Below, piece by piece: positions 20,934-30,479 of a stretch of DNA of 64,000 bases. Location: assembly GCF_021246445.1 (NCBI RefSeq), contig NZ_JAJQXW010000001.1, positions 1,444,168 through 1,508,167 on the forward strand. The letters run 5' to 3'. This DNA comes from Rhabdothermincola salaria (lineage in GTDB: Bacteria; Actinomycetota; Acidimicrobiia; Acidimicrobiales; Acidimicrobilacustridaceae). The notes below the pieces were generated by a model. It worked only from the letters and a program-made list of their open reading frames with translations. It was not told where the DNA came from and ran no database searches. Position numbers and translations under genes: made by a program. Position 1 is the first letter of the stretch. Each line of letters starts with the position of its first letter.

Positions 20934-21923
20934 ATGCCGCACCCCGACCGCCTCGGTCTCACCTTCGCCAGCTTCATGAACCTCGGCCTCGACCGGGCCG
21001 TCACGGCTGCCGGATGGGCGGGCGAGCTCGGGTACTCGTCGTTCTGGACGGCCGAGACCACCGGACCCGAGGCCTTCGTCACCCTCACCGCCGCCGGCGC
21101 CGCGAACCCCGAGCTCGACCTCGGCACCGGGGTCATCGCCCTGCAGCTGCGCACCCCCGGGGTGGTGGCCATGGCCGGCGCCTCGCTGCAGGCCCTGCAC
21201 CCCGATCGCGACATCCTGCTCGGCATCGGCGTCTCCTCGCCGGTCGTCACCGGGCAGTGGCACGGCGCCACCTACGGCGATCGCCCCCTGGCCCAGACCC
21301 GCGAGTACCTCACCTTGCTCCGAGAGTGCCTCACGGGCGAGCCCGTCACCTTCGAGGGCGACTTCTACCAGGTGCGCAAGTTCCGACTGGGGGTCCGCCT
21401 CGGCGAGCGGCGGCCCAAGATCGTGCTGGCCGCCCTGAACCCGGCGATGTTGCGACTCGCCGGGGAGCTGGCCGACGGCGTGCTGCTCAACTACCTCCCG
21501 GCGTCGCACGTGCCGTGGTCGGTCGAGCAGGTCCGGGCCGGCGGCGAGGCCACCGTCTACGCCTACGTCCACGTCGGCGTGTGCGACCGTGCCGACGGCG
21601 TCGAGCTCGCCCGACGAGACCTGTTCTCCTACGCCGTGGTCGACGCCTACGCCCGCAGCTTCGCCCGGGCCGGCTTCGCCGACGAGGTCGACGAGATCCG
21701 CGAGCGCCACGCCGCTCGCGATCGCGAGGGCGCGCTCGCCGCGGTCTCGGATCGCATGGTCGACGCCATCGACGTGATGGGCGACGCCGCCCACGTCCAC
21801 GCCACGGTGCGGGCCTATGCCGACGCCGGCGTCGACGTGCCCGTCGTCATGCCCCTGCCCTGGGGTCGTGACCGCATGACCACGGTGCGAGCGACGATGG
21901 AAGCCGCCGCCGGGCGCGGCTGA
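20934..21923 (+). CDS. LLM-class F420-dependent oxidoreductase
   Basis: WTAETTG, LGTGV, LGIGVSSP, LAGELADG. Confidence 0.85.
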   Translation: MPHPDRLGLTFASFMNLGLDRAVTAAGWAGELGYSSFWTAETTGPEAFVTLTAAGAANPELDLGTGVIALQLRTPGVVAMAGASLQALHPDRDILLGIGVSSPVVTGQWHGATYGDRPLAQTREYLTLLRECLTGEPVTFEGDFYQVRKFRLGVRLGERRPKIVLAALNPAMLRLAGELADGVLLNYLPASHVPWSVEQVRAGGEATVYAYVHVGVCDRADGVELARRDLFSYAVVDAYARSFARAGFADEVDEIRERHAARDREGALAAVSDRMVDAIDVMGDAAHVHATVRAYADAGVDVPVVMPLPWGRDRMTTVRATMEAAAGRG

Positions 21924-21929
21924 CCAGCC

Positions 21930-24005
21930 GTGGCCGACGGGAACCTGCGCTCTCTGGGCCGCGACGCCCGCCACGTCGAGGTGGGACGCGTGGCCCTCAC
22001 CGCCCCCCTTCGCTGCACGGTCGTGGTCGCCGTGCTCACGGCGACGGCGCTGGGGGCGGGCGAACCCCGGGCCGGGGCCGCACTGTGCCTGGGTGCCCTG
22101 TTCGCCGGCCTGGCCGACATGGGAGAGAGCTACCCCCAACGGGCCCGCACCATGGTGTGGACGACCTTCTGGTGCGCGGCCCTCACCACGCTCGGCGCCT
22201 CCGTGTCGGGCGTGCCGTGGCTCCACGTCGTCACCGCGATCGCGGTCGCCGCCATCTGCGGCTACATGGGCGTGCTCGGACCGCGAGCCGCGTTCATCGC
22301 CCTGCTGGCCCTCGTGCTCTTCATCGTCTACGCCGGCGAGGCCACCGATGAGGTCCACGCCCTCCTCGCCGGCGCCCTCGTGGCTGCCGGCGGTCTCGTG
22401 CAGACCGCCGTGGCCATCGTCGCCTGGCCCACCCGGCGAGCCGGAGGGTCGCGCGCCGCGGTCGCCACCGGGTTCCGGATGCTGGCCGGTTCCACCACCG
22501 ACGACCGGGGCGCCGGTGTCTCGCCCCTCGTCGCGGCCGCCTTCGTGTCGGCCGACGAGACGGTGCGCGCCGATGCGATCACCGAGTCGACTCGGGCCCG
22601 CCTCCTCGATCTCGTGGAGCACGGCGAGCGAGCGCGCCTGGCCATGCTCGGCCTCGGCTTCGTCGCCGCCGAAGACCGCGACCCCGGTGACCAGGCGCTG
22701 CTCCAGGCGGCCGCCCGGGTCTCTCGCCAGGTGGCCCGCACGTTGGTCTGGCCGGCGCGGCGGCGCGGCCTGCCCGACCGAGTGGGCGAACTGCTCCGGG
22801 CGGCGGACGCGGTCGGGCACGACCCTTCGCGACGGCAGGCCGCGCACGCTCTCGCGACGGCGCTCACCGAATCGGCGACCGCTGCGGGGGCACCCTGGCC
22901 GCTCGCGACCCGGGCCCCTGTCGACACGACCGTCACCGATCCACCTGCCGGGGGGACCGTGACCACCGCCGGGGCATCGGTGGGGGCCACGCTGCGCCAC
23001 GAGCTGCGGACGGGGCAGCTCTTCGTGGGCCACGCGGTGCGCCTGGCCGTTGCGGTCGGGCTGGCCACCCTCATCACCGTCTCGCTCGACGTCGCCCATG
23101 CCTACTGGCTGCCGATGACCGTGGCCTGGATGGCCAAACCCGATCTCGCCGGCACGGTGAGCCGGGTGTCGCTACGCGTCGTGGGGACCCTGGTGGGGGT
23201 GGCGATCGCGGCGGGGGTCTTCGCCCTGACGGACCCCGGGACCCTCGGCATCACCGTTCTGGTGTCGGTCGGGTCGCTGGTGGCCTTCAGCTTCATCTGG
23301 GCCAACTACGCCATCGCGGTGAGCGGCATCACCGTCATCGTGCTCTCCCTCTTCGCCAGCGCGGGTGAGGCGGTCGAACGAGACGTGGTCCTCCGTCTCG
23401 GGCTCACGGTCGGCGCCGGCGCACTGACCCTCGCAGTGGCGTTCGTCCGCCCCCGACGGGCTGGTCGCCCGCTCGTCGAGGCGCTCGCCACCACCGCGGC
23501 CACACTCGGCCACTACGCGGCTGCCGTCCTGGGCCGGCGCTCGGACCAGGTCACGGGTCCCGAGAGCGACGTCGAGCCCGAGGTCCTCCGGGCCCGAACG
23601 GAGGTGTTGCAGGCTCGCACCGCCGCCGATGCCGCCATCGTCGCCGCCGAGCACGAGCCCGGCCGACGCTCGCTGAGCCCCGGTCAGGCTCGCCGCCTGC
23701 TCGACGCGCTGGTCGACGCGACGGCGGCGGTCGTGGCCGCCGACCTGGCCTCGTCCGACCCGGTCGATGCAACCGACGGCCGTGCTGGTGGCGGCATCGG
23801 GCCCCAGGCCGTGACGTCGTGCACCGACCTCTGCGAGCGTCTCCGTCGCCTCGATGCCGGTGAGGACTTCCGACCGCGGATCACCACGAGCGGTGCCACC
23901 GCGGTCGAGGCCCACCTCCTGAGCGCCCACCTGGTCCTCGACGAGCTCGGCGGGGTCGACCCTGTCGTCGGCCGGCCCCCGAGCGCTGTCCGACCCCCGT
24001 CGTAG
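21930..24005 (+). CDS. FUSC-family membrane protein
   Basis: HAVRLAV...HAYWLPMT...KPD...RVVGTLVG. Confidence 0.85.
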   Translation: MADGNLRSLGRDARHVEVGRVALTAPLRCTVVVAVLTATALGAGEPRAGAALCLGALFAGLADMGESYPQRARTMVWTTFWCAALTTLGASVSGVPWLHVVTAIAVAAICGYMGVLGPRAAFIALLALVLFIVYAGEATDEVHALLAGALVAAGGLVQTAVAIVAWPTRRAGGSRAAVATGFRMLAGSTTDDRGAGVSPLVAAAFVSADETVRADAITESTRARLLDLVEHGERARLAMLGLGFVAAEDRDPGDQALLQAAARVSRQVARTLVWPARRRGLPDRVGELLRAADAVGHDPSRRQAAHALATALTESATAAGAPWPLATRAPVDTTVTDPPAGGTVTTAGASVGATLRHELRTGQLFVGHAVRLAVAVGLATLITVSLDVAHAYWLPMTVAWMAKPDLAGTVSRVSLRVVGTLVGVAIAAGVFALTDPGTLGITVLVSVGSLVAFSFIWANYAIAVSGITVIVLSLFASAGEAVERDVVLRLGLTVGAGALTLAVAFVRPRRAGRPLVEALATTAATLGHYAAAVLGRRSDQVTGPESDVEPEVLRARTEVLQARTAADAAIVAAEHEPGRRSLSPGQARRLLDALVDATAAVVAADLASSDPVDATDGRAGGGIGPQAVTSCTDLCERLRRLDAGEDFRPRITTSGATAVEAHLLSAHLVLDELGGVDPVVGRPPSAVRPPS

Positions 24006-24085
24006 GCTCGCACCCATGGACCACCGCGACCCGCTCGATCGCCTCGTCGTCGACCGCCCGGCCTGATCCGGTCCTGGCTGCGCCC

Positions 24086-24418
24086 GTGACCCCTCGAGCC
24101 CCCCGACGCCGCTGCTCCGACCCGGGAGAGCCTCTCGCCGAGGCGCTCGGCCGTGACCCCCATCTGGCCATGATCGGGGTGGCCCGTGGCGACCGGGTTC
24201 GCTTCCGTCGCCGCGACAGCGAACGCTGGAAGGACGGCGTCGTCGTGCGACGGGAGACCGACGGCAGCCTCGGCGTGCGCGACCAGAAGGGAGCGCTGCG
24301 GGCCCTCCCCCTCCACCTCGTCGAGGTGCGCGACAGGGGACCCCGCGGCGGTGTCGTCTGGGAGCCCCTGCCCGAGCGCGCCGCCCGCACCGAGCAACTC
24401 GACCTCTTCGAGCCATGA
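24086..24418 (+). CDS. Small hypothetical protein, SH3-like
   Basis: GDRVRFR...W..G.V pattern; fills the gap between genes; start uncertain. Confidence 0.55.
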   Translation: MTPRAPRRRCSDPGEPLAEALGRDPHLAMIGVARGDRVRFRRRDSERWKDGVVVRRETDGSLGVRDQKGALRALPLHLVEVRDRGPRGGVVWEPLPERAARTEQLDLFEP

Positions 24419-24495
24419 CGGACCGTCGACCAGAGTTCACGTGCTCGTCGCGTAGCCGCCATCATTCGGCGATCCCTGGGTAGTACTTGTCGAAC

Positions 24496-26370
24496 ATGGA
24501 CGATGCATGGACGAAGCTGGGTCTCCCTCCAGAGGCCGTCGAGGTGCTCGAGGCCGCCCCCCGGGTGACGGTGGCCCGCACCGCCGACGAGCTCCGGGCC
24601 GCCGCCGTGGGCGACGGCACCCTCGAGGTGGCCTACGAGGTGCCGGGACACGGACGGGTGGTGGAGGCCGTGGCCGTCGGCGTCCGCAACGGCGTGAGCG
24701 CCAACTACACCGAGCCCTACATGCGCCGCCGTGACCCGGATGCCCTGGTGGTCGCCGACGAGCTCCCCACCGACAAGACCCGCTACCGCGACCGGTTCGA
24801 CCACGAGTTCGAACCGGTCCGCCAGGAGAGCTTCGCCTGGCTGGCCTCCCAGGAGCTGGTGGTCTTCCCGTTCGTGGCGGGCGACCGCGAGACGGGCGTG
24901 GGCGCAGCGGTCGTCGCCCCGGCCAACGCCGGCTTCTTCGCACTCGGCTTGGCACTGCTGCAGGGGATCATCGACGTCGACGCCCTTCCCGAGGGCTTCG
25001 AGACCCGGGCCGTGATCTACGTCGTCCCGCCGTTTCGCCACACCCACTTCGACGGCCGCCAGGTCGTCGTCCACAACCGCCGGACCGAGGCCCGGTTGCA
25101 CGAGCTGTTCGCCTACAACCTCTACCCCGGGCCCTCGGCCAAGAAGGGCGTGTACGGCGTGCTCATCAACGTGGGCGAGCAGGAGGGGTGGGTGGTGGCG
25201 CACTGCTCGACGGTGCAGGTCGTCACGCCGTACGACAACACCGTCACCTTCATGCACGAAGGCGCCAGCGGATCGGGCAAGAGCGAGATGCTCGAGTACC
25301 CCCACCGCCGCACCGACGGCACCCTCGTGCTGGGCGCCAACGTGCTGCGCGACGACGTCCGCACGATCGTGCTGCCCACCCAGACCTGCGAGCTGCGCCC
25401 CGTCACCGACGACATGGCCATGTGCCATCCCTCGCTGCAGACCGACGACGCCAAGTTGCACCTGCGTGACGCCGAGGACGCCTGGTTCGTGCGGGTCAAC
25501 CACATCACCCACTACGGCACCGATCCCAGCCTCGAGCGCCTCACCGCCGATCCGCCCGAGCCCCTGTTGTTCCTCAACATCGATGCCGTCGTCGGCAGCC
25601 GGGCTCTCATCTGGGACCACACCGAGGACGCGCCGGGGGTCCCCACGCCGAACCCGCGAGTCGTGCTGCCCCGCCACATCGTGCCGGGGGTGGTGGACGG
25701 CACGGTGAAGGTCGACATCCGCAGCTTCGGGATCCGCACCCCTCCCTGCACCCCCGAGAAGCCCACCTACGGCATCATCGGGCTGTTCCACTCCCTGCCG
25801 CCGGCGCTGGCGTGGGTGTGGCGGCTCATCGCTCCTCGCGGCCACGACAACCCGAGCATCATCGGCGGCGAGGGCATGTCGAGCGAGGGGGTCGGCTCGT
25901 ACTGGCCCTTCGCCACCGGACGGCGCGTCGACCAGGCCAACCTCCTCCTGCGCCAGATCCAGGCGACCACCGCCGTCGACTACGTGCTGTTCCCGAACCA
26001 GCACATCGGGTGCTGGCGGGTCGGCTTCATGCCCCAGTGGCTGGGACGCGAGTACTTCGCCCGCCGGGGGTCGGCCCGCTTCGAGCCGGGCAAGTTGGTG
26101 CCCGCCCGGCTGCCGCTGCTCGGACGCGCCCCGATGGGCATCACCGTGGAGGGCCAGCAGATCCCGCGGTGGATGTTCCACGTCGAGCTGCAGCGGGAGC
26201 TGCACGCCGAGCTCTACGACGTCGGTGCCGCCCAGCTCGAGGACTTCGCGAAGCGCGAGCTGGCGAAGTTCCGGGTCGACGAGCTGGATCCGCTCGGCCG
26301 CCAGATCATCGAGGGCGTGCTCGATGGCGGCTCGGTGGAGGACTTCGACGCCCTGATCCCCACCATCTGA
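24496..26370 (+). CDS. DUF4914-type P-loop protein, PEP-carboxykinase-like
   Basis: 624 aa; NLYPGPSAKKGVYG, AHCS, HEGASGSGKSE, TDDMA, PNPRV. Confidence 0.75.
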   Translation: MDDAWTKLGLPPEAVEVLEAAPRVTVARTADELRAAAVGDGTLEVAYEVPGHGRVVEAVAVGVRNGVSANYTEPYMRRRDPDALVVADELPTDKTRYRDRFDHEFEPVRQESFAWLASQELVVFPFVAGDRETGVGAAVVAPANAGFFALGLALLQGIIDVDALPEGFETRAVIYVVPPFRHTHFDGRQVVVHNRRTEARLHELFAYNLYPGPSAKKGVYGVLINVGEQEGWVVAHCSTVQVVTPYDNTVTFMHEGASGSGKSEMLEYPHRRTDGTLVLGANVLRDDVRTIVLPTQTCELRPVTDDMAMCHPSLQTDDAKLHLRDAEDAWFVRVNHITHYGTDPSLERLTADPPEPLLFLNIDAVVGSRALIWDHTEDAPGVPTPNPRVVLPRHIVPGVVDGTVKVDIRSFGIRTPPCTPEKPTYGIIGLFHSLPPALAWVWRLIAPRGHDNPSIIGGEGMSSEGVGSYWPFATGRRVDQANLLLRQIQATTAVDYVLFPNQHIGCWRVGFMPQWLGREYFARRGSARFEPGKLVPARLPLLGRAPMGITVEGQQIPRWMFHVELQRELHAELYDVGAAQLEDFAKRELAKFRVDELDPLGRQIIEGVLDGGSVEDFDALIPTI

Positions 26371-26416
26371 CGCGACCCCTCACCGTCCGCCACTCGGCGG
26401 ACCGCCCCTGGCGCCC

Positions 26417-27385
26417 CTACCGGGGCGCCAGATCGGCGACGGCCCGACCCAGGTCGATGTCCGCGGCGAGGGGCAGCACGGCCAGTGCCGGGGTGGTGAC
26501 GCCGTTGTCGACGTAGCGCTGGATGTGGGCCCGACAGGCCTCGGGCGAGCCGTGCACCACGAGCTCGTCGACGACCGAGTCCGGGATGGCGGCCAACGCC
26601 GCCTCCCGATCGCCGGCCTCCCACGCCGCCCAGCACGCTCCGAGGCGGTCGCCCCGACCCAGCCACTGGTGGAAGGCCTTGTAGACGGGCACGTTGACGT
26701 AGGCGGCGATGGCGAAGCGGGCCGCGCCACGCACCGCATCGGTGTCCTCGGAGGGGGCCACGAAGATGCGGGCGACGATCTCCTTGTCGGCCCCGTGGGC
26801 CCGCACGATGGGCGCCACCCGGGCGACGTCGTCGGCCGAGAGCCAGTTGACGATGGCCCCGTCGGCCTCGCGGCCGGCGAGGTTCAACATGCCCTCGCGG
26901 AGCGCGGCCACCAGGATCGGCACCTCGCCCTCGGGCAGGCTGCGCAACCGGAAGCCCCGCACCGAGAAGGTGTCGTAGACCTCGGTGACCTTCTCGCCGG
27001 CCAGCGCGGCCCGCAGGAAGCGCAGCGTGTCGCGCATCCGCTTGTACGGCTCCTCGAAAGCGATGCCGTTCCACCCCTCGACGATGACGTTGGACGACGT
27101 GCCGAGGCCGAGCACGAACCGTCCCGGTGCCGCCTGCGAGAGCCCGGCCACGCTCTGGGCGAGGGTGGCCGGGCCTCGGGTGAAGGCGGGGATGATGGCG
27201 GTGCCGAGGCGCAGGCTGGGGGCCCAGACCGAGGCCAGGGCCAGAGGGGTGAAGCCGTCGACGCCGTCGGCCTCGGCCGACCACACGTCGGTGTAGCCGA
27301 GGTCGACGAGCTCCTCGATCTGACGGCGCTGGGCGTGCAACGGCGCCGACCCGAGGGGGACGGTCATGCCGTAGCGGGTGGTCAC
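26417..27385 (-). CDS. LLM-class F420-dependent oxidoreductase
   Basis: WSAEADG, LGTAI, PGRFVLGLGTSS, AGREADG. Confidence 0.85.
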   Translation of the reverse strand: MTTRYGMTVPLGSAPLHAQRRQIEELVDLGYTDVWSAEADGVDGFTPLALASVWAPSLRLGTAIIPAFTRGPATLAQSVAGLSQAAPGRFVLGLGTSSNVIVEGWNGIAFEEPYKRMRDTLRFLRAALAGEKVTEVYDTFSVRGFRLRSLPEGEVPILVAALREGMLNLAGREADGAIVNWLSADDVARVAPIVRAHGADKEIVARIFVAPSEDTDAVRGAARFAIAAYVNVPVYKAFHQWLGRGDRLGACWAAWEAGDREAALAAIPDSVVDELVVHGSPEACRAHIQRYVDNGVTTPALAVLPLAADIDLGRAVADLAPR

Positions 27386-28164
27386 CGCCGGCGCTCCTGC
27401 CAGATGCGGATCATGGCCGACTGGCTGGCGGTGCCCATGAGGGTGCCGTCCTCGGCCCACAGGTAGATGTGGCCGTGGCCGAACCCACGGGCGACGGCCT
27501 CGATGCGCACGTCGACGAGCACCCAGTCGGTGACGGCGCTGTGCAGCACGCGCAGCGTGTTGTCGAGGCTGTTGGAACCGATCTCGCTGGTGAGGGTCTG
27601 CCCGAGGCCCATGGGCACGAAGTCGCCGAGCACGGCGAGCGCGGCCGCCGAATTCATCGACATGCCGGTGATGCGGCTCCAGAAGGCGGTGCGACCGGTG
27701 CCCGGGGTGTCGACGGCCATCCGCGACTCGAGGCGGCTGGCGATGGTGTTGCCGGGATCGAAGCGGTACTCGCGGGGCGGGCAGTCGTCGGGGGCCGGGG
27801 CGTCCGGCATGGTGACCCACTGGCCCTCCTCGGCGAACTCGCGGGCACCGAGGGAGGCGTTGACGGTGAAGATCTCCGTGTCGCCCACCTGGCCCAGCAC
27901 CCGGGCCTGGGTGGTGGAGCGGCCGTGGGCGCCGATGTGCACGTCGAGGTCGACGACCGAGGGAGGACGGGTGTAGTTGAGGTACTGCGCCGAGGCCCAC
28001 ACGACCGGACGTCCGGTGGTGCGCTCGAGGGCCTCGATGGCCGCGCCGAGACCGCAGCCGCCGAACAGCGTGCCGAGGCCGCTGCAGATGCCCGGGGTGA
28101 CGGGCAGGTACCAGCGCATGGGGTTGTGCGTGGGCTCGAGCCCCAGCCATTCGCGTGCGTTCAC
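27382..28164 (-). CDS. Acyl-CoA thioesterase II-like (double hot-dog) protein
   Basis: TLFGGCGLG, SNSLDNTLR, GFGHG, ASQS; GTGA overlap with the LLM gene. Confidence 0.8.
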   Translation of the reverse strand: MNAREWLGLEPTHNPMRWYLPVTPGICSGLGTLFGGCGLGAAIEALERTTGRPVVWASAQYLNYTRPPSVVDLDVHIGAHGRSTTQARVLGQVGDTEIFTVNASLGAREFAEEGQWVTMPDAPAPDDCPPREYRFDPGNTIASRLESRMAVDTPGTGRTAFWSRITGMSMNSAAALAVLGDFVPMGLGQTLTSEIGSNSLDNTLRVLHSAVTDWVLVDVRIEAVARGFGHGHIYLWAEDGTLMGTASQSAMIRIWQERRR

Positions 28165-28320
28165 GTCGATGGACTCTACGTGGCCGGGCCCGTCGTCGGA
28201 GCGCCCCTGCGACGACCGGCGAGCTGGTGTGACCGTGCCGCGCCGGCCCCCGGTGCACCCGGTGGCGTTCCCGACGCCGGGACGTCGGCACTGTCCCACC
28301 CCCTGGGGAGACTGTGTTGC

Positions 28321-28551
28321 ATGGATGCACAGCTGCGACTGCTGGCCGAGGCCCGCTCGGCCGACTCCCCCGAGGCACCCGCCGCGTGGCGCATCGACGC
28401 CACCACCAAGGCCGTGGGCCGTTCGGGCATCGCCCGGGCCCGAGAGGCGCTCCGCCAGGCCCGTCACCGCCCGCTGGGCGACCCGGCCCCGGCCGGTCCC
28501 TCCGTGGCCGACCAGGCCGACGCCGACCACACCCACACCGTGGCGGCCTGA
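28321..28551 (+). CDS. Small hypothetical protein (76 aa)
   Basis: MDAQLRLL...WRIDATTKAVGRSGIARAREAL; fills the intergenic gap; promoter-like motif directly upstream. Confidence 0.6.
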   Translation: MDAQLRLLAEARSADSPEAPAAWRIDATTKAVGRSGIARAREALRQARHRPLGDPAPAGPSVADQADADHTHTVAA

Positions 28552-28609
28552 GGTGGCCTGCCGGGCCCATCCGAGCGGCCCCCGCCCCCGCCACCGGTAG
28601 GCTCGCCCC

Positions 28610-29791
28610 ATGCGCGAGGTCGTCATCGTCGATGCCGTGCGGACGCCGGTCGGGCGTCGCAACGGCGGTCTGTCCACCATGCACTCGGCGGAGCTGCTCG
28701 GCGTGCCGCTCACCGCGCTCTTCGAGCGCACCGGGGTCGATCCGGCCGAGGTCGGCCAGGTCGTCGGCGGCTGCGTCAGCCAGGTAGGCATGCAGTCGTT
28801 CAACGTCACCCGCACGGCCTGGCTGGCCGCCGGTCTGCCGCTGGAGACGGCCGCCACCACCGTCGACACCCAGTGCGGTTCCAGCCAGCAGGCCACCGAC
28901 ATGGCGGCCGCCCTCATCGGGGCCGGCGTGGTCGACGTGGCCGTGGCCTGCGGTGTCGAGTCCATGAGCCAGGTGCCCATCGGGTCCAACTCGTCGAAGA
29001 AGCTCGGGTTCGGCGTCCCGGTGCCCAAGAGCTACTTCGAGCACTACGAGTACACCTCGCAGTTCGAGGGAGCCGAGCGCATCGCCGAGAAGTGGGGCAT
29101 CACCCGCGACGACACCGACGCCTTCGCCCTGCGCTCGCAGGAGCTCGGCGCCCAGGCCTGGGCCGAGGACCGCTTCGCCACCCAGATCGTGCCCGTCCAC
29201 GCCCCGGACCTCGACGACGAGGGCAAGCCCACCGGCACGACCCACCTCGTGGCGCGCGACGAGGGCCTGCGCGACACCACCCTCGAGGGCCTGGGCAACC
29301 TCAAGCCCGTCGCCCGCGAAGACGGCGTGCACACCGCCGGCTCGTCCTCGCAGATCTCCGACGGCGCCGCCGCGCTGTTGATGATGACCGCCGAGAAGGC
29401 CCAGGCCCTCGGGCTCACGCCCCTGGCCCGGATCGTCGACACCTGCCTCGTCGGGGTCGACCCCGTCCTCATGCTCACCGGGCCCATCGACGCCACCCGC
29501 CACCTGCTCGAGCGCACGGGGCTCTCCATCGGCGACATCGACGTCGTCGAGGTCAACGAGGCGTTCGCCTCGGTCGTGCTGGCCTGGGCCAAGGAGATCG
29601 GCGCCGACCTCGAGGGCGTGAACCCCAACGGCGGCGCCATCGCGCTGGGCCATCCGCTCGGCGGCACCGGAGCCGTCCTCACCACCAAGGCGGTCCACGA
29701 GCTGGCCCGCACCGGTGGTCGCTATGGGCTCGTCACCATGTGCTGCGGCGGCGGGTTGGGCACCGGCACCCTGCTCGAACGCGTCCAGTAG
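28610..29791 (+). CDS. Thiolase (acetyl-CoA C-acyltransferase; FadA5-like)
   Basis: AVRTPVG, QCGSSQQ, NEAFA, GGAIALGHPLG, MCCGGG. Confidence 0.92.
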   Translation: MREVVIVDAVRTPVGRRNGGLSTMHSAELLGVPLTALFERTGVDPAEVGQVVGGCVSQVGMQSFNVTRTAWLAAGLPLETAATTVDTQCGSSQQATDMAAALIGAGVVDVAVACGVESMSQVPIGSNSSKKLGFGVPVPKSYFEHYEYTSQFEGAERIAEKWGITRDDTDAFALRSQELGAQAWAEDRFATQIVPVHAPDLDDEGKPTGTTHLVARDEGLRDTTLEGLGNLKPVAREDGVHTAGSSSQISDGAAALLMMTAEKAQALGLTPLARIVDTCLVGVDPVLMLTGPIDATRHLLERTGLSIGDIDVVEVNEAFASVVLAWAKEIGADLEGVNPNGGAIALGHPLGGTGAVLTTKAVHELARTGGRYGLVTMCCGGGLGTGTLLERVQ

Positions 29792-29936
29792 CGCCCTCGT
29801 CGAACGGGCCCCACCGGGCCCGTCGGACCCCATCGCCGCTGCAGGCGGCCACCGCCGTGCTCCCACCGAGGACCCGCCCGTGGCCCCCTCTCGTCGAACC
29901 CGCCGCCGGACCTCCGGTCCGCGTGAGCCCGTCCGC

Positions 29937-30479
29937 ATGGTCAGAGGTCGCGCCTGGGGACTCCTGCTCGCGGCCGGGGTGGTGCTCGGGGGCGGTCTCG
30001 TCTTCGTCGCCATCACCGGTCTCGGGTCGTGGCGCCAGGTCGACCCGGCTCGAGGCACGTTCGTGGTCGGGGTCGTCGACGGCGACACCATCCGAGTGAG
30101 CATCGACGGGCGCACCGACGACGTGCGCCTCCTCGGCATCGACACTCCCGAGACCGTGCACCCCACCAGGCCCGTCGAGTGCTTCGGCCCCGAGGCGTCG
30201 GCGCGCACCCACGACCTGCTGGCCCCGGGCACGGCGGTGGTGCTCGAGCGCGACACCGAGGAGCGCGACCACTACGGACGGCTGCTGGCCTACGTGGTGC
30301 GCGCCGACGACGGACTGTTCGTCAACCTCGCCCTCGTGCGCGAAGGCCTGGCCGAGGTGCTCACCATCGCGCCCAACGTCGCCCACACCGACGCCTTCTT
30401 GTCCGCCGCGGCCGAAGCCCGGCGGGAGGGACGAGGCCTGTGGTCGGCGTGCCCCGGGGCGGTACCGTCAGGGCCGTGA
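29937..30479 (+). CDS. Thermonuclease (SNase) family protein with N-terminal TM segment
   Basis: VVDGDTI, RLLGIDTPE, DHYGRLLAY, NLALVREGLA. Confidence 0.9.
   Translation: MVRGRAWGLLLAAGVVLGGGLVFVAITGLGSWRQVDPARGTFVVGVVDGDTIRVSIDGRTDDVRLLGIDTPETVHPTRPVECFGPEASARTHDLLAPGTAVVLERDTEERDHYGRLLAYVVRADDGLFVNLALVREGLAEVLTIAPNVAHTDAFLSAAAEARREGRGLWSACPGAVPSGP

Noticed and set aside
26417..30256. 1279-aa ORF and other long shadow ORFs (9874-12756, 30628-33585, 40957-44262, 44040-46973)
   Set aside because: These are antisense or off-frame products of high GC content over genes with clear motifs; only 26417-27385 of this ORF is credible.
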